From assembly GCA_031273835.1 (NCBI GenBank), contig JAISRD010000188.1:1-36849 (forward strand): a stretch of 36,849 nucleotides of DNA, written 5' to 3'. This DNA comes from Treponema sp. (GTDB lineage Bacteria > Spirochaetota > Spirochaetia > Treponematales > Breznakiellaceae). Every line of letters begins with the position of its first letter. Positions within the stretch are counted from its first letter, which is position 1. The position numbers and the translations under genes are program-made. Positions 8,162 through 19,553 of this stretch are shown one piece after another. A model generated the notes under the pieces. The model saw only the letters and a list, made by a program, of their open reading frames with translations. It ran no database searches and was not told the DNA's origin.

Positions 8162-9206
8162 CTTCTTCTTCCTTCCGGGGTGTAACCCTTACAGCGTTCC
8201 GCAGGAGATTTACATCGGTAATCCCCAGGCCCAGGTTCCACTCCTTGAGTTTTTCCTTTATCTCCTGGAGTGATTTTTTGCCGAAATTCCTTGTCTTGGC
8301 GATATCGTCCTCGGTCTTTCTGGTAAGTTCCCCAATGGTTTTAATGTTGGCGTTTTTAAGGCAGTTGCTGGAACGGACGGATAACTCAAGCTCTTCCACC
8401 GGCGTACCAAGTATCTGCCTGATACGGTTGTCATCCGGATCATCATCCAGTTCGGCGCTCAGGCTGTTTTCATCAAAGTTGATGAAAACCGAAAGGAGGT
8501 CCTTTGCTATTTTCGCAGCCTCCGCCAGGGCGTCATCGGGTTTGACCGTACCGTCGGTCCACACTTCCAGGACCAGCTTATCATAATCGTTGCGCTGCCC
8601 TACCCTGGTGGGTTCCACGGAGTATTTTACCTTTTTAACCGGCGAATAAATGGCGTCCATGGGTATCGTACCGATCACTTCCACATAAAGCGCGTTGGAT
8701 TCGGCGGGCACATAGCCCCGTCCCAGATCGATCTGTACCTCCATTTCCAGCCGGGCGTTATCCATCAAGGTCATTACATGCTGGCCGGGGCTTAATATCT
8801 CTACCTGGCCTTCGCGGTTAAAATCCTCGCTCTTTATATCCGCCTTTCCCGACCATTCATACAGAAGAAGGTTCTGCTCCATATCCTGAGGGAGGCGCAG
8901 CCTTATCTGTTTGAGGTTGTTGATAACCTCAAGGGTATCCTCCACAATATTGGGGATGGTCTCAAATTCACTGGAAACCGTATGCGCGTTCCCGTCGGCA
9001 TCATAGGAGCTTATCTTGACCGCCGTAATGGCATACCCTTGAATTGAGGAAAGCAGAACCCTCCGCAGGGTATTCCCCACGGTCGTACCAAAACCCGGTT
9101 CAAAGGGAGCGGCAATGAACTTTCCGTAATTCGGCCTAAGTTCACTATGCTCAAAGGTAATACCTTTTGGACGTTTGAATCCTTTAGTCAGATTCTTACG
9201 GGCCAT
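8151..9206 (-). CDS. rpoA: DNA-directed RNA polymerase alpha subunit
   Basis: NTD motif [15 protein letters not shown] helix-hairpin-helix [22 protein letters not shown], and alpha-operon position. Confidence 0.95.
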   Translation of the reverse strand: MARKNLTKGFKRPKGITFEHSELRPNYGKFIAAPFEPGFGTTVGNTLRRVLLSSIQGYAITAVKISSYDADGNAHTVSSEFETIPNIVEDTLEVINNLKQIRLRLPQDMEQNLLLYEWSGKADIKSEDFNREGQVEILSPGQHVMTLMDNARLEMEVQIDLGRGYVPAESNALYVEVIGTIPMDAIYSPVKKVKYSVEPTRVGQRNDYDKLVLEVWTDGTVKPDDALAEAAKIAKDLLSVFINFDENSLSAELDDDPDDNRIRQILGTPVEELELSVRSSNCLKNANIKTIGELTRKTEDDIAKTRNFGKKSLQEIKEKLKEWNLGLGITDVNLLRNAVRVTPRKEEEDEA

Positions 9207-9215
9207 GGGGCCTCC

Positions 9216-9851
9216 TTATTTAGAATAATATTCGACTATCATCTGTTCCTTGATATCCGCAAGGTCTGTGATGTCGCTGCGCCGCGGAGAAACAAGGAAT
9301 TTCCCCTTCATCGCGTCCGGGTCCAGCTGCAGCCAGGGCATAACGCCGGATTTCCCAAATTCTTTAAGAGCCTCCTTGACAATAATAAGGTTCCTGCTGC
9401 CCTCCCTGATTTCAACCTCATCTTCGGGTCTCACGAGATAGGAGGGGATATTTATCCGCCTGCCGTTTACCGTTACATGGCCGTGCAGTACAATCTGCCG
9501 GGCCTGGCTTCGGCTGGAAGCAAAACGCAGACGGTAGACCACATTGTCCAGCCTCCGTTCAAGAAGTACAAACAGGTTCTCGCCGGTAATTCCGGCCATA
9601 CGCAGGGCCCTTTCAAAAAACAGGCTGAACTGCCTTTCCTGCATCCCGTAAATACGTTTAAGTTTCTGTTTTTCCCGCAGCTGAATGCCGTAATCGCTTC
9701 TTTTCCCGGCCCTTCCCTTGGGGTCCTTCCCCGGGGCGGGACGCTTTCTATTTATCGGGCATTTATCGCTTTTGCATCGATCTCCCTTGAGCATCAGCTT
9801 TTTACTCTCCGCCCTGCACAAGCGGCAGACAGGCCCGGTATATCTTGCCAT
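9216..9851 (-). CDS. rpsD: 30S ribosomal protein S4
   Basis: MARYTGPVCRLCRAESKKLMLKGDRC... plus an S4 RNA-binding domain. Confidence 0.95.
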   Translation of the reverse strand: MARYTGPVCRLCRAESKKLMLKGDRCKSDKCPINRKRPAPGKDPKGRAGKRSDYGIQLREKQKLKRIYGMQERQFSLFFERALRMAGITGENLFVLLERRLDNVVYRLRFASSRSQARQIVLHGHVTVNGRRINIPSYLVRPEDEVEIREGSRNLIIVKEALKEFGKSGVMPWLQLDPDAMKGKFLVSPRRSDITDLADIKEQMIVEYYSK

Positions 9852-9894
9852 CTCTTACTCCTTACTCAGGTTCCGTATACGGAAAACCAGGCTG

Positions 9895-10278
9895 CTATAT
9901 ACGGCGCGTCTTGCGGGGACGGCATCCGTTATGCGGAATGGGGGTTACATCGTTGATAGACTTTACTTTAATACCCAGCACGCCCAGCTGGCGGATTGCC
10001 GATTCCCGGCCTATGCCGGGCCCCTTAACATAGACATGCACTTCCCGAAGGCCCACCTGAAGGGCTTTCTGGGCGGCGGTTTCCGTAACCGTCTGGGCGG
10101 CAAAGGGGGTGGACTTTTTCGCCCCCCGGAAATTTAAACCCCCGGAACTTGCCCAGGAAATAGCGTTCCCCATTAAATCGGTTATGGTAACAATGGTATT
10201 GTTAAACGTAGCCTGAATATAGACATTACCCTCATAAACCGACTTCTTTTCTTTCCGCTTCTTTGTAGTAGCAGCCAC
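9895..10278 (-). CDS. rpsK: 30S ribosomal protein S11 (GTG start)
   Basis: [16 protein letters not shown]..., [11 protein letters not shown], with a GGAGGAG RBS upstream. Confidence 0.95.
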   Translation of the reverse strand: MAATTKKRKEKKSVYEGNVYIQATFNNTIVTITDLMGNAISWASSGGLNFRGAKKSTPFAAQTVTETAAQKALQVGLREVHVYVKGPGIGRESAIRQLGVLGIKVKSINDVTPIPHNGCRPRKTRRI

Positions 10279-10319
10279 TCACTCCTCCAAAATATTTTAA
10301 GGATTAGGATTTTCTAATC

Positions 10320-10685
10320 CTATTTCTTCTTACCCGCCACGGTTTTCTTTTTACCCTTCCGGGTACGGGCATTAGTTCTGGTTCTTTGACCGCGCAGGGG
10401 AAGGCCCTTGCGGTGCCGCAGCCCCCGGTAACAGCCTATATCCATAAGCCGCTTAATATTCAGGGCAACCTCGGTCCTCAGCCGCCCTTCCACCTTATAG
10501 TCGTTTTCAATGAGCTGACGCAGTCCGTTCAGCTCTTCCGGGGAAAGATCGTTAATCAGCCTTAAGGGATCGATCTTTGCCTTGGCGCAGATCTCATCGG
10601 CGCTTGAACGGCCTATACCGAAAATATAGGTAAGGGCGATATTAACGTGTTTGTTGGGGAGGTCAATCCCTGCTATACGTGCCAT
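10320..10685 (-). CDS. rpsM: 30S ribosomal protein S13
   Basis: [25 protein letters not shown]... Confidence 0.95.
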   Translation of the reverse strand: MARIAGIDLPNKHVNIALTYIFGIGRSSADEICAKAKIDPLRLINDLSPEELNGLRQLIENDYKVEGRLRTEVALNIKRLMDIGCYRGLRHRKGLPLRGQRTRTNARTRKGKKKTVAGKKK

Positions 10686-10691
10686 CCTTAC

Positions 10692-10805
10692 TTACCCCTG
10701 TTTCTGCTTATGTTTAGGATTCTGACAAACGATGCGGATTATACCGTTCCGCTTGATGATCTTACACTTGTCGCAGATGGGTTTTACACTTGTCCGGACT
10801 TTCAT
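10692..10805 (-). CDS. rpmJ: 50S ribosomal protein L36 (zinc-binding C+ form); not in the ORF track
   Basis: The reverse-strand translation is [37 protein letters not shown] followed by a stop. An AAGGAG RBS lies 8 nt upstream. Confidence 0.9.
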   Translation of the reverse strand: MKVRTSVKPICDKCKIIKRNGIIRIVCQNPKHKQKQG

Positions 10806-10890
10806 CCTCTCAACTCCTTATCCCCGCAATTCCGGGATTAGCCTGAATTCCTCTAATGTAAACGGAATTCGGCGCTTCGTCTATATTGCC

Positions 10891-12222
10891 CTAGAGGTTC
10901 CTGCCCCGGAGCCGCCCCTTGCGGGTCAATCCGTCATGGTGGTGCATCTTTAAGAGGCTCTCCACCTGACTCATGGTATCCAAATCCACCCCTACCAGAA
11001 TGAGCAGGGAGGTCCCGCCCATCAGATACGAGATATTGGCGGGAAAATCAAAGAGATACTGAATTATCGTCGGTATTATGGCAATCACCGCCAGATAAAT
11101 TGAACCGGGCAGCACAATACGGTTCAGTATCTTGGTAAGGTACTCTTCTATACGGTCCGATCTAATCCCCGGAACGGACCCGCCGTTTTCCCGTATATTT
11201 TTGGCTATTTCAATGGGGTTAAGGCTTACCTGAGTGTAGAAGTAGGCAAAAAAGACGATCAAAAACACGTACAGTATATTGTACAGCCAGCCCCGGGGGG
11301 CCAAAATTTCCGAAATTTGCCTCAGCCAAACCACATTGGGCCCTATGGTCGAGGCAATCTGAACGGGAAAGGTGAGTATTGAGGAGGCGAAGATAACCGG
11401 AATAACCCCGGAGGGGTTGATCTTAAAGGGAATAAAGGCGTTGGGAATGCCGTACATACGCCGCCCCACGACGCGCTTGGCATAGTTTACCGGGATCTTC
11501 CGCTGTCCCTGCTGTTCAAAGACAACCAGCCCCACAATAACAATGAACAGGACAAACACGAGGATCACAAATACCGGGTGGGGTCTGCCGGTGGAAACCA
11601 CCCGTTGAATAAGTTCCCAAATAGCCTGGGGCAGACGGGCAACGATGCCGGCATAGATAAGCAGGGAGATTCCGTTTCCTATGCCCCGCCGGGTAATCTG
11701 CTCCCCCAGCCACATAAGGAACATGGTCCCCGTGGTTACCGTCAATATGGCCACCATGGAAAAGAACACAAAATTATTAATCGTAAAGAGGTTGTCCACC
11801 TGGGTAGAGATGTACTGGGCATAACGGGTGATGGCAAAGGCCTGGATAATGCAGACCCCCACCGTACCCATACGCTGATAACTCTGGATCTTCTTCCGCC
11901 CCCCCTCTTCCTGGGAAAGCTTTTTGAGGGAGGGAAATACGATCAGCAGGAGCTGCATGATAATCGACATGGAGATATAGGGCATGATGCCCAGCATAAA
12001 TACGGAGAAATTGGAGAAAGCGCCGCCGGCAAAGAAATCAAGGTAATCCACCACGGCATTGCCCGAATTGGTTTCCCTGAAAAAATTGGTCAGGGCCTGA
12101 ATATTTATCCCCGGTACGGGTATAATCGCCCCAAGCCGGAAAATCAACAGGAGTATCACGGTAAAAAGTATCCGCTCCCGAAGTTCCTTGACCCTAAGAA
12201 TACCGGTAAAAGGATTTGCCAT
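10891..12222 (-). CDS. secY: Preprotein translocase subunit SecY
   Basis: 443 aa with 10 TM-like segments, conserved GIMPYIS and GEQITRRGIGNGISL blocks, and a position after rplO. Confidence 0.95.
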   Translation of the reverse strand: MANPFTGILRVKELRERILFTVILLLIFRLGAIIPVPGINIQALTNFFRETNSGNAVVDYLDFFAGGAFSNFSVFMLGIMPYISMSIIMQLLLIVFPSLKKLSQEEGGRKKIQSYQRMGTVGVCIIQAFAITRYAQYISTQVDNLFTINNFVFFSMVAILTVTTGTMFLMWLGEQITRRGIGNGISLLIYAGIVARLPQAIWELIQRVVSTGRPHPVFVILVFVLFIVIVGLVVFEQQGQRKIPVNYAKRVVGRRMYGIPNAFIPFKINPSGVIPVIFASSILTFPVQIASTIGPNVVWLRQISEILAPRGWLYNILYVFLIVFFAYFYTQVSLNPIEIAKNIRENGGSVPGIRSDRIEEYLTKILNRIVLPGSIYLAVIAIIPTIIQYLFDFPANISYLMGGTSLLILVGVDLDTMSQVESLLKMHHHDGLTRKGRLRGRNL

Positions 12223-12225
12223 CGC

Positions 12226-12696
12226 CTATTCCTGCGCTTTCTTTGTTCCGGCGTTTTTGACCGTAACGGTCCCGCCGGCTTTCTCAATTTTTTCCCTGGC
12301 GGAAGCCGAAAGGGCCTCCACCGATACATTGAGCTTCTTGGTTAAATCCCCCATTCCGAGGATCTTCACAGGTACGGGGCCCTTTGCCAGGCCCTTTTTG
12401 ATAAGAGACGCGGGATTAACCGATTCCCCGTTTTCATAGCGTTTTTCTAATTCCCCCAGATTTACCACCTGGTATTCTTTCTTAAAGGGATAGTTGGAGA
12501 AACCCCGCTGCGCAAGCCTGCGGTACAGGGGCATCTGGCCCCCTTCAAAACCCACATAGGTTTTTCCGCCTGAACGGGCCTTCTGTCCCTTATTGCCCTT
12601 GCCCGCGGTGGTACCCCTGCCGGAACCGGCGCCGCGGCCAATGATCCGTTTCTTTTTATTGGCCCCCTCGGGGGCGTGTAAATCAAAATCCTGCAT
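12226..12696 (-). CDS. rplO: 50S ribosomal protein L15
   Basis: GRGAGSGRGTTAGKGNKGQKARSG. I placed the start at the ATG at 12696. The TTG at 12711 used by the ORF track lies inside the GGAGGAGG RBS (12701-12708). Confidence 0.93.
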   Translation of the reverse strand: MQDFDLHAPEGANKKKRIIGRGAGSGRGTTAGKGNKGQKARSGGKTYVGFEGGQMPLYRRLAQRGFSNYPFKKEYQVVNLGELEKRYENGESVNPASLIKKGLAKGPVPVKILGMGDLTKKLNVSVEALSASAREKIEKAGGTVTVKNAGTKKAQE

Positions 12697-12737
12697 TTCT
12701 GCCTCCTCCAAACGTCATATAAGCGCCTGTAAACGCT

Positions 12738-12926
12738 TTACGCGTTCGGAATCTCCTCAACCGAAACCAGGTGGGAAACTTTTTTCACCATACCCAATAT
12801 GGCGGGATTAGCTTCCTGTACAATACTGGAACCAATCTTTCCAAGCCCCAGGGAACGCACCGTTGCCCGCTGTTTGGGAAGTTTCCCTATAACGCTCCGG
12901 ACAAGCTTAATTTTCAGCTTTGCCAT
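12738..12926 (-). CDS. rpmD: 50S ribosomal protein L30
   Basis: [28 protein letters not shown]. The ATG at 12926 lies 2 nt after the rpsE stop. Confidence 0.9.
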   Translation of the reverse strand: MAKLKIKLVRSVIGKLPKQRATVRSLGLGKIGSSIVQEANPAILGMVKKVSHLVSVEEIPNA

Positions 12927-12928
12927 GC

Positions 12929-13465
12929 TTAACCCCACAATTCCTTTAGGGACTTACCCCTGCTCTTCGCCAGGGCCCTGGCGTCCATCATTCTGCTGAT
13001 ACCTTCAAAGGTAGCCTTAACCACGTTGTACTGGCTTGAGGCGCCTATGGATTTGGAAAGCACATCGGTTATGCCGCCGGCCTCCATGATAGCCCTGACG
13101 GGACCGCCGGCGATTATCCCCGTACCGGAACAGGCGGGCTTAAGGTATACCCTTGAAGCCTTAAATATCCCCTGAATCTCATGGGGGATGGTCCCGTTTT
13201 TAATGGGAAGTTTTATCAAACTGCCCTTTGCCTTTTCTATGCTTTTGCGTATCGCTTCGGAAACATCGTTGGCTTTGCCGAAGCCGAAACCAACCCTGCC
13301 CTTCCTATCCCCCACCACGGTAAGGGCGGAAAATGAAAAGCGGCGGCCCCCCTTTACAACCTTGGCGGTACGGTTAAGCTTAACAAGCTTTTCGACAAAT
13401 TCCTTGTCCTTTTCCTGATTCCTGTCCCGATCCCGCTCTCTGCGGCCGTCTCTTGAATGTTCCAT
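12929..13465 (-). CDS. rpsE: 30S ribosomal protein S5
   Basis: [36 protein letters not shown]. Confidence 0.95.
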   Translation of the reverse strand: MEHSRDGRRERDRDRNQEKDKEFVEKLVKLNRTAKVVKGGRRFSFSALTVVGDRKGRVGFGFGKANDVSEAIRKSIEKAKGSLIKLPIKNGTIPHEIQGIFKASRVYLKPACSGTGIIAGGPVRAIMEAGGITDVLSKSIGASSQYNVVKATFEGISRMMDARALAKSRGKSLKELWG

Positions 13466-13473
13466 TCCGCCCC

Positions 13474-13836
13474 CTAGAACTGTATCCCGGCTTTCCGGGC
13501 GCCGTCGGCCATTGCTTTCACCAGGCCATGATATAAATAACCGTTTCTGTCAAAGACCACGGCGCTTATATTTTTTTCCAGCAGCCTTTTTCCCATAACC
13601 TCGCCGAGCCGGCCCGCCCCCTCGACCGTGGGTTTAAGATCCTTAAGGTCCTTTTCCAGGGTTGAAGCGGAAGCAAGGGTATGTCCCTTGGCATCGTCGA
13701 TAACCTGCATATAAAGCGCCCTATTACTCCTGGTTACGCTGAGCCTTGGCCGTTCCGCCGTCCCGGAGAGGGTCTTCCGTATATGGACTTTCCGTTTCCG
13801 CCGTTTCCTGTCCTTTTCCAACATCTTTTGCAGCAT
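13474..13836 (-). CDS. rplR: 50S ribosomal protein L18
   Basis: [20 protein letters not shown] ... [27 protein letters not shown]. Confidence 0.95.
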   Translation of the reverse strand: MLQKMLEKDRKRRKRKVHIRKTLSGTAERPRLSVTRSNRALYMQVIDDAKGHTLASASTLEKDLKDLKPTVEGAGRLGEVMGKRLLEKNISAVVFDRNGYLYHGLVKAMADGARKAGIQF

Positions 13837-13891
13837 ACTCTTCCTCTACCTATACAAGTCAAACAGGCGCCGAACGCATGGGCGTCCGGGT

Positions 13892-14431
13892 CTATTTGAC
13901 GCCGGATTTTCCGACTTTCCTTCTGATTTTCTCGTTCTCATAACGGATACCCTTACCCTTGTAGGGTTCGGGTTTCCGCAGCTTACGGATCTGGGCGGCA
14001 AACTCGCCGACCCTCTGCTTGTCAATTCCGGAAACAATTACCTTACCGCCCGCCTCGGCGCTGACGGCTATTCCCTCAGGTATACCCACATATATGTCCA
14101 TCGAATAGCCCAGGTTCATTACCAAAAGCTTATCCTGAACCTCGGCGCGGTAACCTACGCCGGTGATAATAAGGGTTTTGCTAAAACCGGACGAAACCCC
14201 CGCCACCATATTATTCAGCAGATTCCGGTACAAGCCGTGAAAGGCCTTGGTCTGCTTTTCCTCATTGGTCCGTCCGACCAGAATCTCGCCATCCTTCATC
14301 TGAAAATTGATAACCGGATGGTATTTCTGGGTCAGCTTTCCCTTGGGACCCTCCACGACGATAAGCTCGTCCTGGAAATCCACCTTAACGCCCTGGGGAA
14401 TCTTGACCGGTATTTTTCCGATACGCGACAT
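13892..14431 (-). CDS. rplF: 50S ribosomal protein L6
   Basis: [17 protein letters not shown]..., [14 protein letters not shown]. Confidence 0.95.
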   Translation of the reverse strand: MSRIGKIPVKIPQGVKVDFQDELIVVEGPKGKLTQKYHPVINFQMKDGEILVGRTNEEKQTKAFHGLYRNLLNNMVAGVSSGFSKTLIITGVGYRAEVQDKLLVMNLGYSMDIYVGIPEGIAVSAEAGGKVIVSGIDKQRVGEFAAQIRKLRKPEPYKGKGIRYENEKIRRKVGKSGVK

Positions 14432-14440
14432 ATACTCACC

Positions 14441-14839
14441 TCACCAAATGGTACAGATAATCTCGCCGCCGACCTTTTTTTCGGCCGCCTTCTTCCCGGT
14501 GGTTACCCCCTTGGAAGTCGAGACAATCAGGGTACCATAACCGTTATACACCCTGGGCATGTTCTTATAACCCGTATAAACCCGGCGACCGGGCTTACTT
14601 ACCTTTTCAATGCCGTGAATTACCGGCCCGGTTTCGTCGTCATATTTCAGGAAGACCCTAATGGCATTGGCCCCTTCCTGGCTTACCTTCTTAAAATTCT
14701 TGATATAGCCTTCGGTCTTTAAGATCTTGACGATCTCAAGCTTAAGTTTTGAGGTAGAAATATCAACTTTTTCATGCTTCGCCATTCCGGCATTCCGGAT
14801 TTTTGTCAGCATATCCGCAACTGGATCAGAAACGCTCAT
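14441..14839 (-). CDS. rpsH: 30S ribosomal protein S8
   Basis: [14 protein letters not shown] ..., [10 protein letters not shown]-terminus. Confidence 0.95.
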   Translation of the reverse strand: MSVSDPVADMLTKIRNAGMAKHEKVDISTSKLKLEIVKILKTEGYIKNFKKVSQEGANAIRVFLKYDDETGPVIHGIEKVSKPGRRVYTGYKNMPRVYNGYGTLIVSTSKGVTTGKKAAEKKVGGEIICTIW

Positions 14840-14849
14840 CCTTACTCTC

Positions 14850-15035
14850 CTACCAGCTTGATTTTGTGACGCCGGGTATCAGCCCTTCGCTCGCGAACTT
14901 GCGGAAACAAAGGCGGCACATCTCAAATTTTCTAAGATAACCCCTGGCCCGTCCGCAGATACGACAGCGGTTGACTTTCCTTGTTTTATACTTGGGCGTC
15001 CGTAAAGCCTTTATGATCATCGCTTTTCTTGCCAT
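14850..15035 (-). CDS. rpsN: 30S ribosomal protein S14, type Z (zinc-binding, 61 aa)
   Basis: [62 protein letters not shown] used the internal ATG at 15035, because the upstream extension in the ORF track overlaps rplE. Confidence 0.93.
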   Translation of the reverse strand: MARKAMIIKALRTPKYKTRKVNRCRICGRARGYLRKFEMCRLCFRKFASEGLIPGVTKSSW

Positions 15036-15042
15036 GTATACC

Positions 15043-15594
15043 TCACTTCCTAAAGGGCATGCCGAATTTGGCGAGGAAGGCCTTAGCCTCCGCGTCGGTC
15101 CGGGCGGATGTAACAATCACGATGTTAAGACCCGCAACCCGTTCTATTTTATCAAAATCAATTTCGGGGAAAATAATCTGTTCCGTGATGCCCATTGCAT
15201 AGTTCCCGCGTCCGTCAAAGGCATTCTGGCTTACCCCCCGAAAATCCTTAACGCGGGGCAGGGCCGCATTCACAAGCCTGTCGAGGAATTCATACATCAT
15301 GGCGCCCCGAAGGGTTACCTTGGCGCCGATTTCCTGGCCGGTCCTGATCTTAAAGTTGGCGATACTCTTCTTCGCCTTGGTCTTGACGGCCTTCTGTCCG
15401 GTAATGGTGGTAAGATCCTCTATGGCCGCGTCAAGCAGTTTCTTGTTCTGCAGGGCCTCCCCGACTCCCATGCTGACCACGATCTTTTTAAGCCTGGGGG
15501 TCTGCATGACCGAGGTATAGCCGAACTCCTTAAACATCTCAGGAGCAACCTGCTCACGGTACAGTTTCTTTAGCCGCGGTTCGTAGTTACCCAT
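15043..15594 (-). CDS. rplE: 50S ribosomal protein L5
   Basis: [11 protein letters not shown]..., [19 protein letters not shown]. The start at 15594 overlaps the rplX stop by 1 nt (TAATG). Confidence 0.93.
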   Translation of the reverse strand: MGNYEPRLKKLYREQVAPEMFKEFGYTSVMQTPRLKKIVVSMGVGEALQNKKLLDAAIEDLTTITGQKAVKTKAKKSIANFKIRTGQEIGAKVTLRGAMMYEFLDRLVNAALPRVKDFRGVSQNAFDGRGNYAMGITEQIIFPEIDFDKIERVAGLNIVIVTSARTDAEAKAFLAKFGMPFRK

Positions 15595-15914
15595 TACAGC
15601 GCCTCTCCGCATTTTCTGCAGACCCTTAGTTTTTTATCACCCGCAAGCTTGTACCCTATGCGGGTGGGTCCGCATTTTTTGCAGACGATCATCACATTGG
15701 ATGCGTGGATCGCCGCCTCAATTTCCACGATGCCGCCCCTGTCCTGCTGGCTCCGGCGTTTCTTGGTTTTCTTGACCATGTTAAGGCCCTCTACCAGCAG
15801 CCGGTCCTTGTCCCTGAGTATTCCCAGTATGCGTCCCCGCTTTCCCTTATCCTTGCCGGCAATGATCTGGACGGTGTCTTCTTTCTTCAGTTTATATTTA
15901 TGGGCCGTTTTCAT
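15594..15914 (-). CDS. rplX: 50S ribosomal protein L24 (with a C-terminal CxxC...CxxC zinc knuckle)
   Basis: [22 protein letters not shown] (KOW motif), C-terminal CKKCG...CRKCG. Confidence 0.95.
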   Translation of the reverse strand: MKTAHKYKLKKEDTVQIIAGKDKGKRGRILGILRDKDRLLVEGLNMVKKTKKRRSQQDRGGIVEIEAAIHASNVMIVCKKCGPTRIGYKLAGDKKLRVCRKCGEAL

Positions 15915-15926
15915 AGCATATTCCTC

Positions 15927-16298
15927 TTACAGTACCTCGGGTGCGAGGGAAACTATCTTCATGAACTCCCCCCTTTCCCGCAGTTCCCTGGCAACGGGAC
16001 CGAATACGCGCTTTCCCTTGGGATTAAGGGCCGCGTCGATAAGCACGCAGGCATTATCGTCGAAACGTATATAGGTGCCGTCGGGACGGCGGTATTCCTT
16101 ATGGGTACGCACCACCACCGCTTTTTCCACGGAACCCTTTTTAACCGTCGAGGTTGGGAGGGCGCTCTTAACCGCCACCACGATAATGTCCCCGATACCA
16201 GCACACCTGCGCTTTGAACCTCCGAGAACCTTGATACACTGAACGATCTTGGCCCCCGAATTGTCGGCCACATTCAGGAACGTTTCAACCTGAATCAT
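15927..16298 (-). CDS. rplN: 50S ribosomal protein L14
   Basis: [17 protein letters not shown]... ATG at 16298, with an AGGAG RBS 7 nt upstream. Confidence 0.95.
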   Translation of the reverse strand: MIQVETFLNVADNSGAKIVQCIKVLGGSKRRCAGIGDIIVVAVKSALPTSTVKKGSVEKAVVVRTHKEYRRPDGTYIRFDDNACVLIDAALNPKGKRVFGPVARELRERGEFMKIVSLAPEVL

Positions 16299-16309
16299 CA
16301 CTGCTCTCC

Positions 16310-16579
16310 TTAGCGCGCCCGTTCAATAACAGCCGTAAGCTTCCAGCATTTTTCCTTGCTGATGGGACGGCATTCTATGACCCGTACCCGGTCGCCGGTT
16401 TTGGCTTGATTCTGTTCATCATGGGCCTTAACCTTTTTTGTCCGGGTAACGTACTTCTTATACAGGGGATGGAGGGCCTTGGTCTCGACGGCGACCACAA
16501 TGGTTTTGTCCATTTTATCGCTCTTTACGATGCCCACAAACTCTTTTTTCCCGCTCTTGGCCCTAAGCTGTTCTTCCAT
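16310..16579 (-). CDS. rpsQ: 30S ribosomal protein S17
   Basis: [21 protein letters not shown]...HPLYKKY. I used the internal ATG at 16579, just after the rpmC stop (16581-16583). Confidence 0.92.
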   Translation of the reverse strand: MEEQLRAKSGKKEFVGIVKSDKMDKTIVVAVETKALHPLYKKYVTRTKKVKAHDEQNQAKTGDRVRVIECRPISKEKCWKLTAVIERAR

Positions 16580-16580
16580 G

Positions 16581-16784
16581 CTATGCCTTCTTCTCCGCTT
16601 TAAGTTCCTCGGCCCGGATAAGCGTATGAAGCCTGGCAAGCTGCCGGCGCATCACCCGCTTCTGCAGAGGATTATCCACATGCCCCATCACCATCTGGAA
16701 ACGGAGATCCATGTATTTTCTGGAAAGTTCATCCCGCTTTGACTTGAGTTCCGGAAAGGACAGGTTCTTAAAGGAATTCTTCAT
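16581..16784 (-). CDS. rpmC: 50S ribosomal protein L29
   Basis: [23 protein letters not shown], positioned between rplP and rpsQ. Confidence 0.93.
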   Translation of the reverse strand: MKNSFKNLSFPELKSKRDELSRKYMDLRFQMVMGHVDNPLQKRVMRRQLARLHTLIRAEELKAEKKA

Positions 16785-16793
16785 GGCGACCTC

Positions 16794-17219
16794 CTATGCC
16801 CCCAGCTCAAAATCGGAACGGGCCACAAAGCGAGTCTTGATGGGAAGCTTTGCCCCGGCGAGGATCATCGCCTCTTCGGCAAGTTTCTTCTCAATGCCCC
16901 CCAGTTCAAACATCACCGTACCGGGTTTTACCACCGCCACCCAGTATTCCGGGGCGCCCTTGCCCTTGCCCATGCGGGTTTCCGCGGGCTTTTTGGTATA
17001 GGGCTTGTCGGGGAAGATCCGTATCCAGAGCTTTCCCCCCCGCTTTACATGACGATTCATGGCCACACGGGCCGCTTCTATCTGCCTGTTGGTGATCCAC
17101 ATCCGGTCCAGGGCTACCAGGCCGTACTCGCCGAATACCACGGTGTTTCCCCGGGTAGCGTTGCCGGGCATATTGCCCCGCTGGACCTTACGATGCCTTA
17201 CACGTTTGGGACTAAGCAT
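16794..17219 (-). CDS. rplP: 50S ribosomal protein L16
   Basis: [17 protein letters not shown]..., [19 protein letters not shown]. Confidence 0.95.
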   Translation of the reverse strand: MLSPKRVRHRKVQRGNMPGNATRGNTVVFGEYGLVALDRMWITNRQIEAARVAMNRHVKRGGKLWIRIFPDKPYTKKPAETRMGKGKGAPEYWVAVVKPGTVMFELGGIEKKLAEEAMILAGAKLPIKTRFVARSDFELGA

Positions 17220-17234
17220 AATCTAACTCCTCGA

Positions 17235-17285
17235 CCGCACGGCTGCGGAGCCGCGCGGTAAATCGAATGTGAAACACCGTTTCAC
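17235..17285 (-). other. Two RNA hairpins filling the rpsC-rplP spacer
   Basis: 17269-17285 is GTGAAAC-N3-GTTTCAC, a 7-bp stem 1 nt after the rpsC stop. 17235-17258 is CCGCGCGGCT-ccgc-AGCCGTGCGG in the mRNA sense, a 10-bp stem with one G.U pair, ending about 3 nt before the GAGGAG RBS of rplP (17226-17231) and about 15 nt before its ATG (17219). Confidence 0.5.
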
Positions 17286-17286
17286 A

Positions 17287-18024
17287 CTAAGTCCTTACAG
17301 GCGCCCGATCACGCCGCTTCCTGACAAGTGCGCCGGCGTCTTCTTTCTGTTCCTTGCCGTAGCGCATGCCGTTATATACCCATACCTTGACGCCGATGGC
17401 CCCGAAGGTGGTATGGGCCTCGGCAAAACCGTAATCAATATCCGCCCTAAGGGTATGAAGGGGAATACGCCCCTCCTTGGCCTCCTCGGTACGGGACATT
17501 TCGGCCCCCCCCAGGCGGCCTGAAAGCCGGACCTTGATCCCCTGGGCGTTGCCCCGCTTAATCGCGTTGGAAATGGCCTGCTTCATGGTACGGCGGAAAC
17601 TGCCCCTGGCTAAAAGCTGCCGGGCAATACCCTGGGCCACAATCTGGGCGTTACTGTCCGCGTTCCGTACCTCTTTGATCTTGATCTGTATCTTCTTGGC
17701 GGACTGGTCTCCCTTGGTCTTTACCGGACCCTGTATATGCTTTTGCAGTTCCGAGCCGATTTTTTCGATATTGGCGCCCTTAACCCCGATAATAACCCCG
17801 GGCCGCGCAGTATGGATCACAATGGTAATACGCTGGGAATAGCGGATTATTTCCAGCTCGGCAATATCCGCCCCCTTGGTCTCGGGTATGCTGAGGATAA
17901 ATCTGCGAAGCTTAAGATCCTCATGCAGAGTAGCGGCGTATTCCCTTGGGTCCACATACCAGCGGGAAACCCAGGTTTTGTTGATCCCTATCCGCAGTCC
18001 AATAGGATTTACCTTCTGTCCCAT
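17287..18024 (-). CDS. rpsC: 30S ribosomal protein S3
   Basis: [18 protein letters not shown]..., KH domain, basic C-terminal tail. The start overlaps the rplV stop by 1 nt. Confidence 0.95.
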   Translation of the reverse strand: MGQKVNPIGLRIGINKTWVSRWYVDPREYAATLHEDLKLRRFILSIPETKGADIAELEIIRYSQRITIVIHTARPGVIIGVKGANIEKIGSELQKHIQGPVKTKGDQSAKKIQIKIKEVRNADSNAQIVAQGIARQLLARGSFRRTMKQAISNAIKRGNAQGIKVRLSGRLGGAEMSRTEEAKEGRIPLHTLRADIDYGFAEAHTTFGAIGVKVWVYNGMRYGKEQKEDAGALVRKRRDRAPVRT

Positions 18025-18395
18025 TATTTCCCCGCCTTTACCGCCGCCGCAGTTTCGTCAATTACCACGGTAATGTGGCACATTCTTTTAAGGAGCATAT
18101 CGGCCCGGCCCCGGCCCCGGCACCAAACCCGCTTCATCCGGGGACCTTCGTCCACCATTACCTCTTTAAGATAGAGCATGGTCTCGTCAAGTTTTTTATT
18201 ACGGTTCAGCGCGTTGGACGCCGCGGATTTGACGGTCTTCCGCATCAATTTTGCCCCCCGGTGGGGCATATTTTCCAGAACAGCCATGGCGTCAGGATAT
18301 GTTTTACGCCGTACCAGATCCGCCACGGGCCTGACTTTGTAGGGTGAGGCGATGATAAATTTAGAAACCGCCTTATATCCGCTCTTTGTTTCCAT
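18024..18395 (-). CDS. rplV: 50S ribosomal protein L22
   Basis: [15 protein letters not shown]..., [28 protein letters not shown]. Confidence 0.95.
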   Translation of the reverse strand: METKSGYKAVSKFIIASPYKVRPVADLVRRKTYPDAMAVLENMPHRGAKLMRKTVKSAASNALNRNKKLDETMLYLKEVMVDEGPRMKRVWCRGRGRADMLLKRMCHITVVIDETAAAVKAGK

Positions 18396-18401
18396 ACTAA
18401 C

Positions 18402-18683
18402 CTACTTCTTGGCTGCTTTCTTGTCGGAGCCGCTGTGGCCCCGGAAAATCCGGGTGGGGGAAAATTCCCCCAGCTTGTGTCCCACAAGGTTCTCGGTCAC
18501 ATACACGGGGACCCACACCTTGCCGTTATACACGGAAATGGTTCCCCCCACCATCTCGGGGATAATCGTGGAACAGCGGGAATAGGTCTTAATCATCTTC
18601 CTATCCCCGGCCTTGCTCATCTCAAGTACCTTTTTGTAAAGGCTCTTTTCGATAAAGGGCCCCTTCTTAATCGACCTCGACAC
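18402..18683 (-). CDS. rpsS: 30S ribosomal protein S19
   Basis: [15 protein letters not shown]..., [16 protein letters not shown]. Confidence 0.95.
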   Translation of the reverse strand: MSRSIKKGPFIEKSLYKKVLEMSKAGDRKMIKTYSRCSTIIPEMVGGTISVYNGKVWVPVYVTENLVGHKLGEFSPTRIFRGHSGSDKKAAKK

Positions 18684-18720
18684 CTGCTAAACTCTCCTTA
18701 AAAACCGGCGTTTTTCGGCT

Positions 18721-19551
18721 TTATTTTTTCTTCCCGCGGCTCACGATAAACCGCGATGAAGGTTTATGTTTCTTTCTGGTCTTGAATCCCTTGGTGGGCT
18801 GTCCCCAGGGGGAAACCGGGTGTATGCCCTTATTCTTGCCTTCGCCGCCGCCATGGGGATGATCCACCGGATTCATCGCCATGCCGCGCACCGTGGGCCG
18901 CACGCCCAGCCAGCGCCGACGGCCCGCCTTGCCCAGGGTAACATTCATGTGATCCTCATTACCCACAACCCCTATGGTGGCGTAGCACTTCTTGAAGATC
19001 ATCCGCATTTCCCCCGAGGGAAGCTTAACCGTCACATAGTCCCCTTCTTTGGCGGCCACCAGGGCCCCCGTTCCGGCGGAACGGACCATCTGCCCCCCCT
19101 TACCCAGGGTAAGCTCAATGTTGTGGACCGTAAAGCCCAGGGGGATATTTTCCAGGGGAAGGGCGTTGCCGGCCTCAACGGGGGCGCCCGGACCGGCGAT
19201 GATCCTGGCGCCGGCGGACAGACCCTTGGGGGCGATGATGTAGCGCTTATCCCCGTCGGCATAGGAAACCAGGGCAATATTGGCGCTGCGGTTAGGATCG
19301 TATTCTATCGTAACAACCCTTCCGGGAACGCCGATCTTGTTCCGCTTAAAATCAATTTCCCGGTAACGGCGTTTGTGGCCGCCTCCCTTATGGCGGACGC
19401 TGATCCTGCCGTTGGAATCCCGGCCCGCCTTTTCGGGGCGGCCGGAGACAAGGGATTTTTCGGGCTTAACCTTTTTGGTAAGCTCGGAAAAATCGAGGCT
19501 GGTCCACTGCCGCATACCCGCGGTTATCGGTTTATATGTTTTAACGCCCAT
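18721..19551 (-). CDS. rplB: 50S ribosomal protein L2
   Basis: [22 protein letters not shown]..., [13 protein letters not shown]. Confidence 0.95.
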   Translation of the reverse strand: MGVKTYKPITAGMRQWTSLDFSELTKKVKPEKSLVSGRPEKAGRDSNGRISVRHKGGGHKRRYREIDFKRNKIGVPGRVVTIEYDPNRSANIALVSYADGDKRYIIAPKGLSAGARIIAGPGAPVEAGNALPLENIPLGFTVHNIELTLGKGGQMVRSAGTGALVAAKEGDYVTVKLPSGEMRMIFKKCYATIGVVGNEDHMNVTLGKAGRRRWLGVRPTVRGMAMNPVDHPHGGGEGKNKGIHPVSPWGQPTKGFKTRKKHKPSSRFIVSRGKKK

Positions 19552-19553
19552 TT

